Both the position numbers and the translations under genes were made by a program. Of a DNA stretch of 64,000 nt, positions 1 through 12,300 are shown in pieces. Under the pieces are notes generated by a model. It saw nothing but the letters and a program-made list of their open reading frames with translations, did no database searches and was not told the origin of the DNA. Location of the stretch: contig CM052816.1 of the NCBI GenBank assembly GCA_028534125.1, positions 9,860,001-9,924,000 of the forward strand. The letters are read 5' to 3'. Within the stretch, counting starts at the first letter, position 1; the number at the start of each line of letters is the position of its first letter. This DNA comes from Lama glama. Taxonomy: Eukaryota.

Positions 1-177
1 GAAAGCTCTCCACCTGCTTTTAGATTTTGTGATTTGTTTGTTTGTTTTTCAGTACATTTAAATGTGACACCCCAAACTGAATGCTACATTGAAGAGGAAA
101 ATGTATTATGCACTGTTATGTGAACACTTCCCTTAGCAGGTGTCCCCACCCCCTCAGAAGCCCTGAGCTCTACTCAC

Positions 178-305
178 AAGAAGGCCTCACACATGGAGCA
201 GGTGTTGCCGTGCATCTTCCCGTCTGGGCCCTTGATGGGGTCATTCTCTCTGGTGCAGAGCAGCTGTCCATTCTTCCTAGATTTGCGGTATTCACTGCAC
301 AGCTC
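178..305 (-). CDS. SPINK5: SPINK5 exon 15 (128 nt), D7: ELCSEYRKSRKNGQLLCTRENDPIKGPDGKMHGNTCSMCEAF
   Basis: tcacag|GAGCTG...TTCTT|gtgagt. Confidence 0.97.
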
Positions 306-3300
306 CTGTGACATCAAGGAGGCAAGTTTGAAGTACTGAACACAGGTCGGATTAGACCGCAGAAAGAGCTGTAGTGTAGACTTTTTTTTCTTAAATGGGG
401 TCAGCAATTGGCTAATTTAGAATAGTTCTTAAGTTTGAAGACATGAATATTTTTAAATGATACAAGTTACAGACCCTCAACCTAGAAATAGTCACATATG
501 CACATGTGTACACGCACACCTATAAACAAACACCGACACAAACTGTGTAAATGCTTCATACAGTTTCAGGGAGTGTTGGGGTTCTCTGAATGCCATCTAT
601 GGTCCCCAGGTCCATATGCCTCCGACTTGTTAGAGAAGGTCCCCTCACCTCAAAGGAAGCTGTATTCTCAGATTGCCTTTTGTTTCTTGATTCTGCTTCC
701 TTCTGTTTCTTTTCTTTTTTCTCTGCTTGGCTAAAAGAAAGTGATTTTAAAAAGAGATGAGTAAGAATCATAGAGTCTCCAGACTGAATGTGATCTGAAA
801 TACGCAAATGTCATTTAATTATTACAGTTTATATAAACACATATATATTCCATATTATATGCTGGGTATGAACTGATTTGGCATATTGAAATGCTTGTGC
901 TTTGTCTTGTGATTTCATATCCTGCTCTGCAAGAGTCAGATCCTTGTTTTATATTGTTTCCACTTCCACAGGAACTCAGTGATTATACGTAGGAATCATT
1001 CTTTGCTAATTATTACACTGTGCAAAAATGTGTCACAAAATGCCATCGACAAGAAACAGACACAATTTAAGAAACAAAATATAATAAAGCTCAAAAAAAA
1101 CGTGAAGCAGAAGGACAAACCCCTCCCCTCATCTTTCCAGCTGCACAACTACTCACAAGAAGGCCTCACACATGGAGCAGGTGTTGCCGTGCATCTTCCC
1201 GTCTGGGCCCTGGATGGGGTCGTTCTCTCTGGTGCAGGGCAATTTTCCATTTCTCAGCAACTTTCGATATTCACTGCACAGCTCCTGCCAAGATGAAGTA
1301 ATTTGGACATGCATTTCATTCCCATTCAAAGCAGAAGTTTGCAACATCTACACTGGTAGAAACTCATCTTTGAGCCCAAGATTTTAGCTGTGTTTCTTTC
1401 GCGTATTTCAGTTTCGCAAAATTCAGTTCAGCAAACAGAACTCGTGATTGGCTAAGGGATTGAAATAAATAAGACGTAATAGGACGGCACAGAATAAAGT
1501 AAGAGGTAGACAAGTGAACTCCACCATAATCTAAACGGTAAAGTAAGTGCAAACTTACAGGTACAAGAGAACCTGCGAACTCAGAGGTTGGGATCATGAA
1601 ATGGGATTGTGGAAATCAGGGACGGTGTCGAGGAACTGGAATAATTTGTGTGAGACTATGACGAGTAAATTGGATTTTCCTGGTTGAGAAATACGCATTT
1701 TAGATGGCTAAAATAAGCTGAGAAGCGCAGGTTGGAAACTATACGGTGTATAGCAGAACATAAATTTCTGAATGAGGGTAAGGCGCTAAATAAGGAAAGA
1801 GATAAGGAGACGGAAATGCATCTTTTAGTGAATAATGAGCTATTTGTGCATTTTAAGGAGAGCGAAGAGCAGTGTTGTGATCTGGTTAATATTTTCAAAC
1901 TTTACTCTAGCTTCGTTAGGGAGGGTGTTTGGATAAGAAAAGGAATAGAACCTAGAGGGAAGATTAGGAGACTCTATCATCTAAATAAAAGGTTAGGCTA
2001 ACTTATATAAGGCCATGGAAATGAATATTGTAACATTTCAAAGGCCAAAACCATGTTTTGTGTGTGTGTGTGTGTGCAAGCTATTTTTAACTCAGCTCAG
2101 ACGTGAAATTTTAAAAATTCACACGTAGAAAATGTACACAAAGTGTCTCTGGAAGGTGGTTAGCAGAAGTGAGCACAGTCCATAAGTGATGAAACTAGAA
2201 CTAGTCCTGAGTTTTTCAAACTTCAAATAAGTTCTTTTTATCGTACAGAGTTGGTCTCTGAAGCAGCAAGAGTTGATCAGTCTCCTATAGCATTCATCTC
2301 GGTGTCATCCCCAGATTGAAGGGTTAGGATTTTCTGAGAATTTTCGCAGGGCAATATTCCAGCCTTGAGGCTCTTTGAAGTGTGTTCAAATTATAGTCTA
2401 CTCACTGCGTATGAGGGTGCTTTTCCAGGTTGTCTTTTATTTCTTGCTTTTGCTTCAGCCTTTTTCTTTTCTTCAGCTTCTGCTTGGCTGAATGAGAGAG
2501 AAAGCCAAAGGGAGCCATAGGGCCAAACCCAGGCAGTGGTTTCTCCACATTCCTGCATCGCTAGTCTGTGCCCCCTCCTGAGGAAGCAGCAACATTGCCC
2601 CTTTATCACTGCGTATCAGTGACAGGCGACAGAGCAGCCCAAGTCTGCTAAGATACCGTAACTTCTTTAGAGTTTCTGCTTAACCCTGAAAGATAGGAAT
2701 AACTATGGGTCTGGAAAACTTGCTTTCTGGAAATTACCTTTCTTGGCTGTGGTCAGAAAAGAAACACCATCAGTGCTCACCAAAGAGGTATCAAAACAAG
2801 TACCGTCATGACGTTGCACCTGGAGACTGAAAGTGGCCTTCACACAGCACACGGACTAGTCCCCTTGTTCCACAGGGAGAAGGTGAGGCAGTGAGGGCTT
2901 TGGCTACACTGTCAGGAAACGACAACTAAGCTTTCTCCCCTCAAGCCTATGCTCTTTCCACCGCATCATGCGCACATTAACTTGATTAATTCAATTTACG
3001 TGTATTGCTTACTCACGGCTGTGTTATATAAAAGGCAATGTAAGGCAGGCTGAAAAAGGCCAATAATTTCCATACATTGATAAACTAAGTGAGCCTAGGT
3101 TTGCTTTGTACAATGGAATTGGAGGATACGTACAGTTAACTGATGGCATTTCAACCAAACATGGTTGTCAGACAAAACAAAAGGCCATAGATTTTAAATG
3201 TAAGTCAACTATTTAATCCCAGCTCAACCAGATAAACTGAGAGGAATCTCAAATTCTGAAACCAAACTCAGTTATAACTTGAGAAATGTCACACTATATA

Positions 3301-6300
3301 AAGTAACATTCACTGTAATTTTTTTTTCATGGTGGTTTCATAGGCAGCTTTAATAATCATTTTCTGCAGTAAGGGTTAACTTTGGGTCCTAACCCCTCTG
3401 GAAGATGAGATGCCTACAAACTTGTACAACAGGTTCACACGTGAGCTTCAGCAGTAGGGGAGAATGTGATATTTGCACCAGTCAGGATATCCCAGCGCTA
3501 AGAGAATGAGTGCTCGGGGAAAACAGACATCCTGGAATAAATAGCTGTAGGCACTTAACCCCAGCTCTGTTACTAACATTCTCAGTGTAGCTTCTTCAAC
3601 TCCCTTCCCAATTCCAAGCCACAGTTTCCCCATCTGTGAAACAAGCTAGTTCTATTAGATTACTGTAGGGTCCCTTCCCTCCTGGGCATTCTAAAACTCT
3701 GTACTCACTAGAAGGCTTGACACATGGAACACAAGTTGCCATGCATTTTCCCGTCTGGACCACGAACAGGGTCATTTTCTCTGGTACAGAAAAGTATTCC
3801 GTCCTTTGCATGATCCTGAAATTGACTGCAGAGTTTCTGAATAATGAAAATGAGACAGTTTAGGTATGGTTCTCTGCTTATAAGTTATAGATGCTCTTTA
3901 TCAAAGATAACTGGAAAAGAGGAATTAAGGATAAAAAATAAAACTTTTAGGATTTAGGATTACCCAGAAATTTTGTGATATTTCTCTTGTAATATTCATT
4001 CATTTAACTATTCAACAAATCTATTACATTAAAGGGGTTAAGTATGAATGTGATCTAGCTCTTTATATCAAGTAAAAAGAATAAGGAATTGCAATATAAA
4101 AACCTATCAGAATTGACCAAGGTCTAAATTAAGTGTGTAGCAGCTCAAAGGAAAGAATGTTCAAGGAAGTTCACAGAAGAGCTTATGTCTGAGTTGTCTC
4201 TTTAGGATATGGGTAGGAAAACAACATGTCAAAAAGGGCTTCCAAGAGGAATTCTGATATGCAGAGACATAGAGGCAGAAGAGAACACATTATTTTGATG
4301 TAATTTATTACAGCCATGGGTATAGTGACTAAATAATTAGTTGGTCAAAGAGGGGACCTTGAAGATAAACCAATATCACACCACTAAACTTTGAAAGGAA
4401 TTTGGACTTTATTCTTAGGACATGGGAAAATGATATTTATAGCAGAGAAGGACATAATCAAATCTTTGTTTTATAAAGACTATCCAGTCAGATGTGTGAA
4501 GGATTTAAGTCACTAAAGTCTGAAGTTAGGGAAACCATAGAAGAAAAGAAAGGAAGGGAGGGAGGGGGGAAGGATGAGAGGAAGGGTGGGGGAAGGAAAA
4601 GATCAAAGAAAGAAAGAAAAAGAAGGAAGAGAAAAAGAACAGAAGGGAGAGAGAGAGAAAGGGAAAAATTGGAAATGAAAGATAAAAGGATAGTCAAGGG
4701 ATATGTGACAACTAAAATTAAAAGGACTTTGTAACCTAGGATTGAAGAGATGAAAGCAGTTGGAAGAGGCCTCCGCAATAAGGTAGAGTTACGTGAGGGC
4801 AAAAGGTGAACTAATGGAACAGACTATTTTATGAAACTGTGAACTGTACATCATAGTGGGTGGGATAACTCTCTGTAAGAAACAAGTTAAATAGGGTTTC
4901 TTCATGGAGTGGAATGATCCACATACACTCTAGAACACCTTTAAGTGTTAGATTTTTATAATGCCATTGGTTCATGGAAATATTTCCTACTCTTTGAGAA
5001 CAGCATGGGAGATGAATCTTGATTGAAAATGTTGGCTAGAAGTACAGAGAACAGGAAGGATGCTAATGCATCCATACAAAGGAGACAGTAGGTATCTGAG
5101 CTAAAATGGTAGCACTAGAAAAAAGGCAGAGGACTATCTGAGAGATGTTTGAAAAATAGAATGTAGTACAATTTTAAAGGGAGCATATTAAAATTTTACA
5201 CTGGTATTGCTTTTGAAATGAAAGCCTCCAAAACAACTGTCACACATCTGGAGAAGAATATTTATCAAACTTTGAATTTAGATAAAGCTTTGATATATCA
5301 CCTTCATTAGGAGTGTGAAATTATTTTACTAATATGATTTAATTTCCTCCAAATAGAGCTAAAAATTATAAATGCCATAATTATTCTAAATCTTACAAAA
5401 TAACTACAGATTAATTTCTAGAAAACCCATTAGTCGTAAAAGAAAAATAAATACTGAAAATGCTTTTTAGAGTAAAATACACACATACCCACCACAAAAG
5501 TCATAACTGAATTGATCAAACTTACCCTCACCTCAGTTTCTCTTTTAACTTTAACTTTTTCTTCAGCCTTTCTCAGGTTTTCATCTGTTTTATTTTTTTC
5601 TTCTAAAAAGCGCTGTTTGCTGGAGAAAGAAACAAGAATAAGTCAATGAATATAGATGTTTTGAATCTTCATGCTACAAAATGGCCATTTAGGTGCAAGC
5701 AGCAAAACAGCTAAGTGTTCCTGAGTTTTAGAACAAACATTTTCAAATCACCTTGAAGCCCCTTATTAAACTGAGATCTTCACTATTTTCCCAAAGAACT
5801 CCTTTCATTTTGCTGTCATGTTTGCCATTTCCTTCCACTGTAACAATCTTTTTTTTTTATCTTCCCTTTTAAATCTCACCAGCTTAAATTCTACCTTCTT
5901 TAAGAAGACATCCCACATGTCAAAGTGGAAATGAGTTCCACATCTTTCAGTGTGTTTTCATACCTGAATTTTCTTCTCTCATAGGATAATTTTCATGTTT
6001 TGCAAGGGGGGTGTGTGTGTGCGTCTAAGGATTATTTTTGCTATTAGCCTTAAGCTTTTTGAGAGCAGGGATCTTCATTCATACATTCATTCATTCACTC
6101 ATTTATTCAACATTTAGTTAGTAATTATTTTTTGGCAAGCAGTGGCCAGCGCCCTGGACATATAGTACAGTAGTTCACAATATAAGCACATACCCTGTCT
6201 TCTCAGCCCTTATAGACCAGTGGAGAAGACTGAGAGTTGACAAATAATCCTACAAATGATTTTACAAATACCAAACGTGATGATTGTTACAAAATAAAAT

Positions 6301-9300
6301 TACTAAGTGTTACAAAGATTGAATTTCAATCAGGGATTTTAGGAGATCTTATCCAAGGAAAGGTAATCTTGAAATGCAGTCCACAGAGGAGATATTAGCT
6401 GGCCAAGACAGAAGAACTGTAGGCAGCAGGAAAGTGTACAGGAAAGAGCTTATAGAGTTCAAAGGTCTGAAAGAAGGTGGATGAGCCCTTGTCTGAGACG
6501 TCTTCACGAATGCCGTAATTTATATGTTGCTCTGCCCCCAAGGTCAGATGTCCAAGATGGAAAGATAAAGTTAATCCAATTTGCATATGAACATGAATTT
6601 TTTTGTGGGCATCACATCTATTCTGTCACAATGGGGTGATTATTGAAGGAAAAAAAATCAAAGCCTTGGTAATTGCTTTTACCCTCATTCAGTAGGATGA
6701 CTAGCTCATAAAAAGACTTACAAAGGTCACAAAAGGAATGTTAAGAAGTATTTCGTAATCCAGTCATTGTACTGGAAATTAGAATCCGCCTGTATTCAAA
6801 AATAAATATACAGCATTCGGGCCTACATCTTAGGTGTTAATTATGATTGGTAGAGGACATAAAACTTGCTCAAAAATTCTCAAAACAAATCTTGCCATCA
6901 GCTTTGCTCTTACTCATCCTTTTAGTCAATCTCTCTGCTTCACCTTTTGAATCACTCCAGAGATCACATCTATACTCACAAGATTTCAGCACACAGGGCA
7001 CACTTGTTGCCATGCATCTTGCCATCAGGGCCGCGGATGGGGTCGCTCTCCCGCGTACAGAAAAGTCTTCCATCCCTCACTTGGCTTTCATATTCCTTAC
7101 AGAGATTCTTTAAAAAGACAAATAATTACCTTTAGCACTTTTCTACTCCTTTATCTAGAAAATGTCCATCATAGATTTAAAGTCAAAGAATGTCATAGCT
7201 AGAAGGGATTGGTAAACACTTTCATATTGATGAGAAATGGTGAACACGACATATTGAGAATTACTGAGAAATAGTAATTGCATTGTCAAATTATTCGGTA
7301 CCTGTATCTACTATGAAGTATATTTATTAAAAGATAAAAGAGCCTAGAAAAGAATAAGGCTCAGCAAACAGTTCCTAAAACAAGATAGTTCTTGTTAACT
7401 TTCAAATCCATGAAAAGATAATAAATAATAGATCTGTCATGGGGTTCCAACAAAGACACAACAAAATGTTGCAGCCAAGACAAACAAACAAAAAAAAAAT
7501 GGTGCCAATGAAAAGAATATAGAATCTGTGAGATAAGATGTTCAAAACATTCAAAACCTACTTAATATGGAACAAGTCAAGAACAGTCTACTTGGTTTGC
7601 AAGGAAAAAGGAGTCAGAAGGCATCCTGCAGCATCATGCTTAGTCTGGTTTGTTTTCTCCATGGATCTGTGGGTCATTTTATGTACTCTGCCTCCTCTAT
7701 CAGTGTTTGTTTCTAACACTGCAGGCAGAAACTTCAGAGTGATCTAATTTTCCTTCACTCCCCGTGTAGAAATGTAGACCATTAAGGCTAATCTTTACTT
7801 AGAAAATCTTAAAAAGGTTGTGCTTCCTCCCAAATGCAGGATATGTTTATACACAGTTTTCCTGATTGATGCTTTGATTCATTATTTTCAGGTTTCTCTG
7901 TATTTTGAAAATTCTGTTTGATGAGGGCTAAAATATATATAAACAAATGTATGTATACCAAAACACTTATATTTAATTTTACATAATATATAGAAACATA
8001 TTTTTCTTATCAAAATACTACTTAATTATACTTTAAAATATATTTATAAATACATATATATATGTGTGTATATATCTAATTATTCTAGATTTGGGAATCT
8101 ATTTCAATAAACATTTTGTGATAGCATATAACCGATTAAAAAAAATCCTTCTCTATAGACTTCTTCAGCTGTATGACTCATCTTCCTATTTCAGCCAAAA
8201 AAAAAAAAAAACAGAACTATGAGCATAAAGAGTATGGTTTATTCACTGGAGCATTATTTACAATAGTCAACATATGGAAGCAACCTACATGTCCATCAAT
8301 AAATGAAAGGATAAAGAAATAATAAGTATATACGCTGTACACACGTATATGCTTTTGAATATTAGCCATGAAAAAATGAAATCTTGCCATTTGTGGTGAC
8401 ATGGAGGGGTATTAGAGGGTATCATGCTAAGTGAAATAAGACACACAGTGAAGGCGATTACTATGTAACTTCACTTACATGTGGAATCTACAGCAAAGCA
8501 AAGGAACAAACAAAAGAGAAACAGACTCGTAGATACAGAGAACAAACTAGTGGTTGCCAGAGGGGAGTCGCGGGTGGGAGGGCAGGTAAAATAGGTGAAG
8601 GGGATTAAGAGGTGCACATTTCTAGGTATAAAGTAAATGTCATGGAGATGTTACGTACAGCATAGGGAACAGAGTCAATAGTATTGTAAGAACTTTGGTG
8701 ACAGATCATAACCAGACTTTTTGTGGTGACCACTTTGAATGTATACATATATATCAAGTCACTCTGATGTATACCTGAAACTAATATGATATTGTGTGTG
8801 AATAAAACTTCAATTAAAACTAAGTACTATATGTAAAATAAACAAGTTTGTACTGTATAGCATAGGAAATTATATTGAGTATCTTATAGGAACCTATAAT
8901 GAATAAGAATATATGTATATGTATGGCTGAACTATTATGCTGTGCACCAGAAATTGACACAACATTGTAAACTGACTATATACTTCAATAAAAAAAAAGA
9001 AAAAAAATTTTTTTTTTAAGAGTGTGGTTCTAGAGTCAGAACTGCAACTAGGCTGGTGGCTCTACCTCACTGGAAGACCACAGCCAACACCCCATCACCT
9101 CTGAGACTTCAGTCTCACCACCAAGGAGGTTTTTGTGAATAGATCCTCTTTAGGACCTTTCCTAGATCCTGCATCCTCTGATTAAAAAATGATAATAATA
9201 ACTCATATTTCATTAGGACACTTTAAAAGAGAATCCTAGTTGCCTCCTAATGAGAAGATACTTAATTTTGGAGGAGCAATGGGTGTGCTGCGAACCTCCT

Positions 9301-12300
9301 GGCTGTAACGATCTAGGAATACAGACACTGAAGATATCACCTGATAATCCTAGCATGGTAATAAAATTAATCCTCAGCGATTCCCATGAAAGAAACAATG
9401 GCAATTTCAGTTTATAAGTTGTGATTCATCCAAGGAGATTCTAAAGAAATACTCAGTGATCACCTCACTGACAGGTTAATTACAGGGCAAATATTGAGCC
9501 ATCATTATAAAGCAGGCCTATTCAACATAATCATATCCAGTGACCCCACCAAAACAATGACCCCAGCCACAGAGAAAGACGGGAAGGTCGCTGAGATGGG
9601 CTGGAAGACAAGGGAAAAGAACACTCCCCTCACGGTGAAGAAATGAAATGGTGAATATCACAAGGTGACCCAAACTTTTAGACTTAAATTTAGCAACCAC
9701 CACAAAAAGAACTGCTTTTCAAATCTCAGTGAATGTTGAACAGATTACTGGTAATTTGAATGTTCTGTGTTTCTTAATTTAAACTCTGATCGCCCTGTTT
9801 AGGGCGGGACATTTGCTTCACTGGACTGCATGACGACGTGGAAGTCAGCTCTCAGCTACCAAAAACTGGACCTGTATCTCCCATGAGGAAGATGTGCCCT
9901 ACAATCCACAAACACAGAATTCTTACAGCAGCACAAAAGGGTGCAGGACACAGAATCAGAATCCCGCAGGAGGTCAAAACTGAGATCATTTATCCCGCTG
10001 CTTTATTTTACTGACAAGAAAATTGAGGCCCAGAGAGGAGAGACGACTTGCTCAGTTTCACACACCCAGAGCTTGACGGAACTAAGGCTAAAACTCAGGT
10101 GTCTTAACAAAGGTGCTCATTTACCAAAGTAACTGCTGTCATTCTCACTGAAAGTAGTGTTTAATAACCTTGGTGATTTAAGAAATCCAGGCTGTTACCT
10201 GCAATGCTTAGTCAATTAATAAAAGGAATAATTTTTTTATACTAGATTGAAAAAGTAAATCATTGAATAATTTGAAAACTCTTAATTTTAAGGGTATTTT
10301 TAAAAACCACAGTATCAATATTTGAGATTTTGGTTTAATCAGAAGCATAACCTTTATAAATGCATAAGAACCATAATGGAAAAATGAGTAACTCCAATTT
10401 GTGTCGAAGGGATTATACATAAAATACAGCAATGGATATACTATTTAAAAGACTGGAATTTTAAAGTTATTCCTATCTAATTTATATTATGTTGCTTTTT
10501 AATTTATTCAAAGCAAAATTAATTTACACTAAGTCAAAGAGAAGTCTGGTGGAAATTAAGCAGAATTTAATTTGCATAAATTTTGTCTTGTATTCTTGGT
10601 TTTTTTTTAAGCAGAGAGAGAAATTGTATATTTTGAGCTTTAGGTGGGAAATTCTGTTTTAACTTTGAATCTAATGATTTATACGCCAAAAATAATGCAC
10701 TAGGAATTCAGTTTGGGGACCTTTAAAATTAAGGGGAAAAGTTCAATGTAGTAATGAAGGACAATGAATTACCTTAGAGATTCAAGTATAGGTTTGTTAA
10801 TATTTATGTCCACAAGAACCAAACTGTGTTGATGAGGAATTTACCTGTTCAGCGCTTCGTGGCATTTTGGTTCGTGGCATTTTGGTTTCACCTGTTTGCT
10901 TGGCCTTTTCTTTAGCTTCTTTTAAGCTGTTCAGAAAAGAAAATAGTTGGTCAGTTTATGGCTTTATCATATTTTCAGTGTCCAGTTCTGTACTAAGCAC
11001 TTTCACATCCTTTGCTCTGATTTGCTGAACCCATCCACTTAGGAGAGACAAGCTTTCCCCTGTCTTGCATGTTTGAGCCAGAAAATTGCCAAAGATAAGG
11101 ATGGGTGTGAAAGTGACTCACAGCCAGTCAATTAGAGGCTTTGTTCTGTAAAACTGGATGGGTGTGACTCCCTGATTGACAAACAGAAGACTGTCAGGAA
11201 GATTCACTTTAAGAGGCACAACCAACAGCTTTAAAACAATGCTGTGACAAGGGTGAAACCAAACTAAGCATTTGAAATACATAATGTCATCCACACCTGT
11301 ACGTATAAATTCTTATACCTTGTAAAATGTCTGCCTTCATGTAAAAGCATTCTTGTTAATAAAGGCTATGATAAACTGAGTCTCTAAGTCCTTTTGGATC
11401 TGTTATCTGTTTGCAGTCTCAACTTGGACATAGGTGTTACTATCTTAGTTCTAAGGATGGGAAGAAACCAGCCAGGGGTTAGGGAGGTCAGATTCTCCTT
11501 TTTAGCTACTGCATGAAAACAAAGAGAAAATCACAGAATCAGGGCAGCTTAAGCACTAGAAGTACATGCCTCCTGGATAAAAAGGTAGAAATTAGGATGA
11601 TTCCCTGTCTGGAAACCAGTTAAAGTCACAGATTTGTAAACCTGATAGGACATGCCCTTGAATTCTACAACAGCGAACTGTTTAAAGACAAGTGTGAAGT
11701 TTTTTTAATCTGTTAAATCTTTCTTTGTCCTGATTTTAAAGATCTAGTGATGTAAACAGAGCACTTTAAGGCTTGTTAGCAGATTGATTAGAGAATCTAT
11801 GCTTTGTTTAGCAGCCAGAATATTAAAGATTGAATCTTATTCATATTTGAGTCTCAGTGCTCAGAGCAGTGTCAGGCACTCAGAGAAGGATTACCCAACA
11901 GTTTTATAAAGTCTCACTTTTTAAACTAATAATGAATTCAGTCACATGACATTATTATCATTGTTGTTCTTATTTTAAATTACACTCATTTTCAGAAAGA
12001 GTACCTATACACGCCTGAATGAAACAACGCATGTTAAGTCACTGACCTTGATTACTTCACAAGAAAGTCCTTTTTAATTTTAACATATTGTGCCTCAAAA
12101 AACGCTGTATCCAAGTCATTATAATTAAACAAACTAAGAATCTTGAATTAAATAACTAGCCTAACCACCTTATCCACTCCTTTTAAGAAATTTTATCAGA
12201 TAATACGAATTAGAAGAAACCACTCTGGGAGCAGGGACTTTTTCATCTTATAAAGACAAAGGATTACATGCTTCAGGAATAGGACTTCGTCTCTCTGTGG

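Noticed and set aside
3707..3710. Apparent TAG stop at the end of exon 11
   Set aside because: The G is the first intron base; the spliced codon is TA|C (Tyr), so the frame is intact and this is not a pseudogene.
4492..4734. K/R/E-rich ORF resembling a LEKTI linker (also 21393..21614)
   Set aside because: It lies on the opposite strand to SPINK5 and comes from purine-rich low-complexity DNA.
7105..7120. AAG acceptor at exon 9 as a possible splice defect
   Set aside because: AAG acceptors are uncommon but valid; the exon keeps the 128-nt size and frame and has a pyrimidine tract.
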